This document shows, one piece after another, positions 57,825 to 64,000 of a stretch of 64,000 bases of DNA (position 1 is its first letter; every line of letters begins with the position of its first letter). The notes below the pieces were generated by a model. That model had not been told where the DNA came from. It saw only the letters and a program-made list of their open reading frames with translations, and searched no databases. The position numbers and the translations under genes are program-made. Source of the stretch: Bdellovibrionales bacterium (GTDB lineage Bacteria; Bdellovibrionota; Bdellovibrionia; Bdellovibrionales; JAGQZY01); NCBI GenBank assembly GCA_964230645.1, contig CAXRHT010000001.1:1-64000 (forward strand), read 5' to 3'.

Positions 57825-58048
57825 CTTGGGCAAGAACATGTCGTCTTGAGTGAAGCGAAAGACCTTAGATCCTTCGCTACGCTCAGAATGACGATAGGTC
57901 GCTTTGGGTAAGAACATGTCGTCTTGAGCGGAAGCGAAAGACCTTAGATCCTTCGCTGCGCTCAGGATGACATATAGAAACTACGCTCAGGATGATAAAT
58001 GGAAACTGCACTTAGAAGGACAAATGGAAACTGCGCTCATCATGACAA
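57825..58048. repeat. REP-like cluster: two hairpin units plus four 25-bp decaying tandem units
   Basis: AAGAACATGTCGTCTTGAG..GAAGCGAAAGACCTTAGATCCTTCGCT.CGCTCAG x2; CTRCGCTCAGGATGA....GAAA variants. Confidence 0.9.
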
Positions 58049-58096
58049 TAGGAGGGCATAAGGTCATCCACCGAAAATAGTAGACCTGAAAGAATA

Positions 58097-59824
58097 TTAA
58101 GAGGCTTTAAAGAAGTGCAATACCGGATTTCGTACCGGTGCAAGTTTTGGGTCGGCATTGAAGAGGGCTATCACTTCGGTGCGCTTTCCAAAATCTATAT
58201 TAAAGACAACTAGATCAGAGTTTTCAATGATTTGATGAAGCCCACGTCCGCCTCCCGCCTTATCGGCACGATTGTCATTAAGGGATTCTTTACTGGTGTA
58301 ACATTTCTCAAGATATTTAAATAAGGTAGTGGCTTCAAGCCCTCCAAAAGGGTCCTCAACAGAGACAGCCAGTAAAACCCCATCGGTGGCAAATCGAACC
58401 AGGGGTCTATGGGCTTCATTGAGTACCACCGTTTCAGTACGGTCCTTGTGATTATATAGAGGTTTACCCTCTTTATCCTTAGGGGCGTCGTAAACGGCAT
58501 TCATAAGGAGCTCTTCAAGAACGGTCGTAAGGCGACCTCGATTGCTTGAGCGTATTCCTGACTGATTAAAATAATCATCTATCTTTTCTATCACTTCGAA
58601 ACGATGCTCACTGCCCTCAACTTCTAACTCTTTTGAGTCCACGCCCCAGGCCATATATTTTTCCAGTCCAAAATAATTTCCACTGGCAAGCTTTGAAATT
58701 GTCGTCACAAAATTTTTGATGGTAAACTGTTTATCATCCTCGTCTCTGAAAATTACATTTGGAATAAACTTATGCTTCAGTAATGTAGAGACATATTGAG
58801 GGATATCTTTTGAGGCGACAAAGACCATTTTTAGATCCGGGTATTTGTTGATTAAATTTTCGGTTAAATCTAAAAACTCTTCTGTGAACAAAAGGATATT
58901 AAAGTCTTTTTGCGATAATTTTTCTTCAACTTCCTCTCTGCTTGCCGCCACTTCAAGTTGAATACCCGTTCCACCAAGCGCCATCCTTGCAATGGTTTGT
59001 TGTTTTTTTACGGACTCTGCAAAAAGAACTTTCTTTGAGTTCATGGACTTCTCTGCCAAAAAACTTGTAGTCAGAGGTTCAATACGATTCATGGAGCGCT
59101 TTAAATTCCTTTTGACCGAATCGATACCCGGCAGAATATTGGGATCTAGTGGATTTATCTTTTCCATAAGGGGGCGAAGGTTTTTTTCTAAAAGCTCACC
59201 AAGAGCGGTAAAGGTAAGATCCCGGCTCTGATAAAGATCCTTAATTTTATTATGTGAGGCCACCAATTCTGTGTTTTTTTGTTTTAATTCCTGCAGCTGG
59301 CGAGCAATTTTTTGAGTGCGATCTTCCACTTTTATTTCAAGACTTGCGTTGGCTGCTTTTAATTTCTCTTGAGCCATCTCTAGCTCACTAACAAAACCTT
59401 CTATCTTTTTAGCTTTTTGATTCGTGGCCTCAAGCTTCTGCACAAGTATGTCCGAATATATTTTATAGACATTCCAGTCGCCTGTGTTGTTTTCACTGCA
59501 GATCTTATGAAGAGAGGGGCCGTCAATTTTTAAAACTTGGGTGGATTGACTCGCCTGTATCGATGCGGAGGAAGATTTTTGACTGATCAGACTCATCTCT
59601 CCAATAAGATCACCAGGCTCATGCAGTTTGGCCACCAATCCACCATCGACTTTAACATCAAGTTCACCGGAGACTAAAAAATACAGATGATGATTTCTTT
59701 TACCCTGCTCAAGGAGGTTTTCACCTGGAGCCAGTTTTAAGGTTTCGACACAAGACTCTAGTTTTCCCAATAAGAACTCTGGAAAGTTTCTAAAAAAATC
59801 GAGATCCTTAAGTTCAAGCGCCAT
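58097..59824 (-). CDS. Cyclic-nucleotide-binding protein with coiled coil, degenerate receiver and anti-sigma-kinase-like ATPase domain
   Basis: LYFLVSGEL.V, GDLIGEMSL; EELLMNA, VEDPFGG, GGRGL. Confidence 0.75.
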   Translation of the reverse strand: MALELKDLDFFRNFPEFLLGKLESCVETLKLAPGENLLEQGKRNHHLYFLVSGELDVKVDGGLVAKLHEPGDLIGEMSLISQKSSSASIQASQSTQVLKIDGPSLHKICSENNTGDWNVYKIYSDILVQKLEATNQKAKKIEGFVSELEMAQEKLKAANASLEIKVEDRTQKIARQLQELKQKNTELVASHNKIKDLYQSRDLTFTALGELLEKNLRPLMEKINPLDPNILPGIDSVKRNLKRSMNRIEPLTTSFLAEKSMNSKKVLFAESVKKQQTIARMALGGTGIQLEVAASREEVEEKLSQKDFNILLFTEEFLDLTENLINKYPDLKMVFVASKDIPQYVSTLLKHKFIPNVIFRDEDDKQFTIKNFVTTISKLASGNYFGLEKYMAWGVDSKELEVEGSEHRFEVIEKIDDYFNQSGIRSSNRGRLTTVLEELLMNAVYDAPKDKEGKPLYNHKDRTETVVLNEAHRPLVRFATDGVLLAVSVEDPFGGLEATTLFKYLEKCYTSKESLNDNRADKAGGGRGLHQIIENSDLVVFNIDFGKRTEVIALFNADPKLAPVRNPVLHFFKAS

Positions 59825-59975
59825 AAAACTAGCTATTCCCCTTTGAGAGATGATTGTTTCTGAAAAGAGCTAGTCTTAAAAGGTCTCTAAAGCTCTTCCT
59901 TACAACAATCCTATCGGAGAAAATTTAAATCTAATGAAATCCACAAGACCAAGGTCGCCTATGAAACATAATAAA

Positions 59976-60902
59976 TTAGGAGTGATAAAACTGTTTCTGC
60001 TGAGGTCCCTTTGTTTTGGGATTGCGCTTATAATGATAGCGACAGTTCTTAGAACAAGTTTCAAATTCTGGTTTTGTTTGCGCCACCTCAAGACATTTTT
60101 TACAAAGCTTTGAGGGTTCCTGGCACTTACGGCATTCAATCTCAATACCGGCCACATCGCCACATTGTGGGCACAACGAATACTTCTTCGTGGGAGTTAA
60201 ATCTTTTCCTAAAGCCACTCGGGAATCAAAAACAAAGCACTCCCCTTGAAACTTACCTTCAGGAAACTTCTCCATATAATTAAGGATTCCACCACCCAGT
60301 TGATAGACCTTTTTGTAGCCTTGTTTTTCCATTTCAAAAATGGCTTTTTCGCAACGAATGCCACCGGTGCAAAAAATCAGATGGGTCTTTTCTTTATCCG
60401 GAGACTTTTCTTTGATCTTTTCTGGAAATTCAGTAAATTCTTTGATTTCTAAGTCGATGGCTTTTTCAAAAGTTCCGAGTTCATACTCGTAGTCATTTCT
60501 GGTATCAACCACCACCACATCGTCATTTGCAAGCATCTCGTGCCACTCTTCCGGTGAGAGGTGACGATGCTCTCCTTCGGGGACGAACTCTGGGCGCCTG
60601 AGGGTCACAATCTCTTCTCTGATTTTTACTACAAACTTTTTAAATGGCGCTTTATCACTGAAACTTTTTTTTATATCCACTCTCTCTTGCCCGAAAAAGC
60701 TTAAAACCTCGCCGATAAAGACTCTCAAGGCCTCTGGATCTTGGCTCGCTAAAGTCGTATTAAGGCCCTCCGTGCCCAAGATCACAAGGCCCGTTATGCC
60801 GTGCACTTGGGCTTTACCCATTAACCAGGCTCGAATGGACATAAGACTCTCTTCTTCGTTTTCTTTAAAAAAATAGAAGGTTTCCACTTGGTATTTCAGC
60901 AT
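59976..60902 (-). CDS. trhO: TrhO/UPF0176 rhodanese-domain protein
   Basis: EGLN.T, EIVTL, DTRNDYE, FCTGGIRCEK, GGILNY, CFVFDSR. Confidence 0.9.
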   Translation of the reverse strand: MLKYQVETFYFFKENEEESLMSIRAWLMGKAQVHGITGLVILGTEGLNTTLASQDPEALRVFIGEVLSFFGQERVDIKKSFSDKAPFKKFVVKIREEIVTLRRPEFVPEGEHRHLSPEEWHEMLANDDVVVVDTRNDYEYELGTFEKAIDLEIKEFTEFPEKIKEKSPDKEKTHLIFCTGGIRCEKAIFEMEKQGYKKVYQLGGGILNYMEKFPEGKFQGECFVFDSRVALGKDLTPTKKYSLCPQCGDVAGIEIECRKCQEPSKLCKKCLEVAQTKPEFETCSKNCRYHYKRNPKTKGPQQKQFYHS

Positions 60903-61221
60903 GGGGCATTTTTAATGCAGCTCATAATTTAGGTCAAGATAAGGGTGGGATTTTCTGGTATCGATGGTGAAGCCCCTACTGAAACCAGAGGCAAGATGAG
61001 GTGGGACTTACTTTCAAAAATTAGCCTTTAAAATTCTTGAAGTGAAAACAAAATAGCCAGGTTAGCGACGTTTTACGTCAGTTTGGCCTAGTTGATTGAC
61101 ACTTCTTGAACTCCCATCTTTTCCAGATTATGTCTTAATTTTTCCAGCAAATTTTTTGTAAACAACTAATTTCACTTAGGATTTCCTTTTACTCTTTTAT
61201 TTCGTATCAAAATAAAACAAA

Positions 61222-61237
61222 TGGCATTGTCCTTGCT
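61222..61237 (+). promoter_or_regulatory. Sigma54 promoter
   Basis: TGGCAT-TGTCC-TTGCT upstream of ATG 61274. Confidence 0.75.
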
Positions 61238-61273
61238 CCTCATATTGGCATGGTGGAGATAAGGAAGGAAACA

Positions 61274-62494
61274 ATGAACATCAAACAAGTTGCACTCTTT
61301 TTATTTTTTATTATCTGCATGACCCTCATGCTAGGAGCCTGCTCTGAGAAAGAGTTTTCAGCCGCTCCGGGGTCGGTCTACAACCAGTGTGTTGACGTTC
61401 GCCCTGAGGTAAAATGTATCGAAACATGTGATGACTCCGGTCATTGTGTGAAGGATGTTGAGTACACGATTGAATCCCGATTGCAGCCTAAAGACGTTCT
61501 CTTCGTGAATGACGTTTCAGGTTCAATGTATCGCGAGCAATTGAGGATGGGATCCATGTTCCCCAATTTCCTTAACATTCTTCAAAACTCCAATTACCGA
61601 GTCGCTATTACAACGACCGATCTTGGTCACGCCAACAATCCGCCTCATCCTAAAAACGGCAATGGTGCTTTTCAGGACGGTAAACTCGTACCTTTTCCAA
61701 ATGGTCGCTATTTCCTCGATGGCAGAGACTCCCAACAATCCGAACAGCGTCAGTTTGAAGAGGCGATCGAGTGGGAACAAACCAATCTTTGTGAGCAAAA
61801 CGGGTACGACTTTCAGCAAGACTCCAATGGTCGTTACCGCAGGGACTCAAACGGTAATCTGATTCCCGTGGCCCCCTCAGAAGAACAATGTCCTTCTGGA
61901 GATGAGCGTGGTATTTTTACCTCTTACCTAACTTTTGAGAAAAACTACGAAAATTTTCTACGCCCAACCGGTCAGCTTGCTGTGATTGTACTTTCCGATG
62001 AAGACGGTTGGGGCGATACACAAAAGGGAGAATCCCGAGTTATCGACCCAAGAAGGGAAGATCCGGCCTCTTACGTGCAAGGGTTCAATGCCCTTTACCC
62101 TCATAAAAGACTTTCGTTTCACTCTATTGTGGTGAGACCTGGAGACCAGAGTTGTTTCAACCAACAAGACGAGGGTGAAGATCCTCCTGGTCGATTCGGA
62201 CGTGCTTATGCTCTCTTAACTGAAGAGACCGGTGGAATCCTCGGTGACATCTGTGCCTCACAAGGAAATTACGCCAGTCAACTAAGAGCCATCAGTGAAT
62301 CAATTGCACAAGCACAGGATAAACTCCCTTGTCGTCCTATCAACGACGATATTGATATCAGTTTTATCCCAGATCCTGGTCATGAAGTTGAAGTGATTTC
62401 TAATTTCGAAACAGGTGAGATTCTTTTCCCGGATCTACCAAAAGGAACAAAAATCAATTTTAAATTTCAGTGCGAAGATAATTCAAGCTTTTAA
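61274..62494 (+). CDS. Lipoprotein with vWA-like (MIDAS) domain
   Basis: LGAC lipobox, DVLFVNDVSGSM, AITTTD, VIVLSDED. Confidence 0.8.
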   Translation: MNIKQVALFLFFIICMTLMLGACSEKEFSAAPGSVYNQCVDVRPEVKCIETCDDSGHCVKDVEYTIESRLQPKDVLFVNDVSGSMYREQLRMGSMFPNFLNILQNSNYRVAITTTDLGHANNPPHPKNGNGAFQDGKLVPFPNGRYFLDGRDSQQSEQRQFEEAIEWEQTNLCEQNGYDFQQDSNGRYRRDSNGNLIPVAPSEEQCPSGDERGIFTSYLTFEKNYENFLRPTGQLAVIVLSDEDGWGDTQKGESRVIDPRREDPASYVQGFNALYPHKRLSFHSIVVRPGDQSCFNQQDEGEDPPGRFGRAYALLTEETGGILGDICASQGNYASQLRAISESIAQAQDKLPCRPINDDIDISFIPDPGHEVEVISNFETGEILFPDLPKGTKINFKFQCEDNSSF

Positions 62495-62525
62495 AAACAA
62501 ATAAAAAAATGCTCCACATTTTTTT

Positions 62526-62556
62526 GGACGACCCATAAAGCGGTCGTCCTTTTTTT
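62526..62556 (+). terminator. Intrinsic terminator
   Basis: GGACGACC/GGTCGTCC stem plus T7. Confidence 0.85.
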
Positions 62557-64000
62557 ATTCGTAGTTTTTGCTCTTTTTTAAGGGATTAATTTTAAATCGA
62601 CTGCGTGAGGCAAAGTGATAAAACTGCTCAGGGCTTTGACTCCAAGCCACTTTGTCAGGATTTAGGTGATCCGTATCAAACTCAGCCGTCCAACCCGCTT
62701 TTTCCGTTGGAAAATCGAAATAAAGTCTTAGACAACGTCGATCAGGGTTCTCGACACTACACCTTGTGGATTTCTCATCAGTTGTTTTTATAGACAAATC
62801 AATTGGGTACTTTTGGTACTTTTCATTTTTTGTCTCTTTACTTATAAAGCGAAGACTTGTGAGCTCCTCGCTCATTGGATGAAAATAATTCGGCCACAAC
62901 ACTGAAATATCCTCCTCATCCTTCATGACGACATAGGGTCCGCTGCCAATAAAGCGAGAACCTTTATCTTTAAAAGCGGCCATTACAGGTGAGGCTAAAA
63001 CTTTCGGAAATTTTTTCTGAGCTTTTTCAAAATAGATAACGAGTTTATCAGAACTAAGGGCTTTGACTCCGTCAAAACGGTCAATAGCAAAGGCCTTGTC
63101 CATCCCCTTGATCGATCGAAAGAAACGATTGAACGCATTGGATTTGCGGGTTTCGTTGCGTTTAAAAACAGAATACCAACTGCGTTTAAAGTCTTTGGCC
63201 TCGACATAGCTTCCATCAGAAAAGCGCGTTAGAGGATTGAGTTGAATGGTCAACCGAGTACGCCCAGCCCCCCACTGAAACGATGTGGCCGTTAAGGGCT
63301 CGATCTCCTCCTTTTTATTGAGCCGAAATAAGGGTTCATACTGTCCCCTAGCAATCAATTTTGCCACAGGAGAGTCAAGCTTTGGTGGAAGCAAAGAACC
63401 AATGTCTCCTGGCACCTGCACATTGACCATATACTCACGGAAAAGGTGGCCCTCCATGGGAATATAGTTATGTATAAGGCTTGAGTTCTTTCCTTTTACT
63501 TTTTTAACACCAATTCTCTCAATAACTTTGTAGTCAGCACTAAAGTGAATCTCCTCCATAATCCAAGGATCATAAATCCAGAGCTTCGTTTTGAGAGCTG
63601 ATGGATCCGCCTCGGCAAAAAACTCATTCATTCTTCTACAAAAATTTCCATCACCAGCACTCACATCATCGGTTCGGGTGGGATAGTATTTAATATATTG
63701 GGATTTTGGAGGCTTACCGCTGCCAGCGCATTCAGGAAGTTCCTGGTTGTTATAGTTTTTTGTTCCTTCACGGTCCTGGAGGTAGAGCTCATTAAGATCC
63801 TGAAGGGCAAGTTTTCCTCCAAAATGATCATTGAACTCCCTAGCTCCTAGGTAGCATTGCATAAAGTTCACTTTGCTTTTTAGGATTTTTAAGACACAAA
63901 AACGCCCATAGACTTCGTCACCCTTTTGCATATGAATAGCAAAAGCGTACCAAGGGGCTTTAAATAAAGTGCCATTGATTTTCCATGAGCCCCCTCCCAC
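62555..64000 (-). CDS. Partial CDS (starts beyond window) with family-5 solute-binding-like domain
   Basis: YEPLFR, RFSDGS.V.A.DF..SW, IGSGPY. Confidence 0.65.
   Translation of the reverse strand: MGGGSWKINGTLFKAPWYAFAIHMQKGDEVYGRFCVLKILKSKVNFMQCYLGAREFNDHFGGKLALQDLNELYLQDREGTKNYNNQELPECAGSGKPPKSQYIKYYPTRTDDVSAGDGNFCRRMNEFFAEADPSALKTKLWIYDPWIMEEIHFSADYKVIERIGVKKVKGKNSSLIHNYIPMEGHLFREYMVNVQVPGDIGSLLPPKLDSPVAKLIARGQYEPLFRLNKKEEIEPLTATSFQWGAGRTRLTIQLNPLTRFSDGSYVEAKDFKRSWYSVFKRNETRKSNAFNRFFRSIKGMDKAFAIDRFDGVKALSSDKLVIYFEKAQKKFPKVLASPVMAAFKDKGSRFIGSGPYVVMKDEEDISVLWPNYFHPMSEELTSLRFISKETKNEKYQKYPIDLSIKTTDEKSTRCSVENPDRRCLRLYFDFPTEKAGWTAEFDTDHLNPDKVAWSQSPEQFYHFASRSRFKINPLKKSKNYE

Noticed and set aside
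57825..58048. Possible CRISPR array (also 32356-32460 and 52374-52475)
   Set aside because: Units are 22-25 bp in total with near-identical short linkers, no unique spacers and no cas genes; they belong to the REP-like family
8206..63467. Numerous 60-170 aa ORFs antisense or out of frame within long genes
   Set aside because: Shadow ORFs of well-supported genes with no motifs or RBS support

Overview
Bacterial chromosomal window, most likely from a Bdellovibrionota (Bdellovibrio-like) organism. This is an inference from FQNC-type exported proteins, a TPR-wHTH regulator, a vWA lipoprotein, many secreted hypotheticals and frequent sigma54 promoters. Layout: (1) 1-5750 is the decayed right end of an integrative conjugative element: XRE regulator, VirB8/TrbF-like gene, MqsR/MqsA-like toxin-antitoxin pair, LysR/YceI/SnoaL/dioxygenase cargo, a TRIC gene cut off by a tyrosine-integrase 3' fragment, and a tRNA-fMet-like 3' end as candidate att site. 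(2) 6.6-19.6 kb is a copper/heavy-metal cluster: His-rich RPP-ending leader ORF, CusA/CzcA pump and TolC with no adaptor gene, CsoR, two multicopper oxidases and cytochromes. (3) 19.6-40.4 kb holds secreted enzymes and envelope genes: phage-fibre-like surface protein, pectate lyase, proteases, carbonic anhydrase, MltF, a second RND-TolC pair and MarC. (4) 40.5-49.4 kb is the most striking locus: a hybrid kinase and a sigma54 activator flanked by two outward-facing sigma54 operons. Each starts with a stand-alone receiver gene followed by divergent HPF/RaiA-like genes (three in total), and a pseudo-Hpt gene lies alongside. (5) 49.9-50.7 kb has a MITE-like element and a candidate ncRNA. (6) Beyond that are a GuaB-family gene, a YHS/triheme cytochrome/YceI/heme-barrel operon, a cNMP sensor, TrhO and a vWA lipoprotein. 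A REP-like palindromic repeat family occurs four times. No rRNA, complete tRNA or CRISPR array was found. All family calls come from reading motifs by eye, not from database searches.
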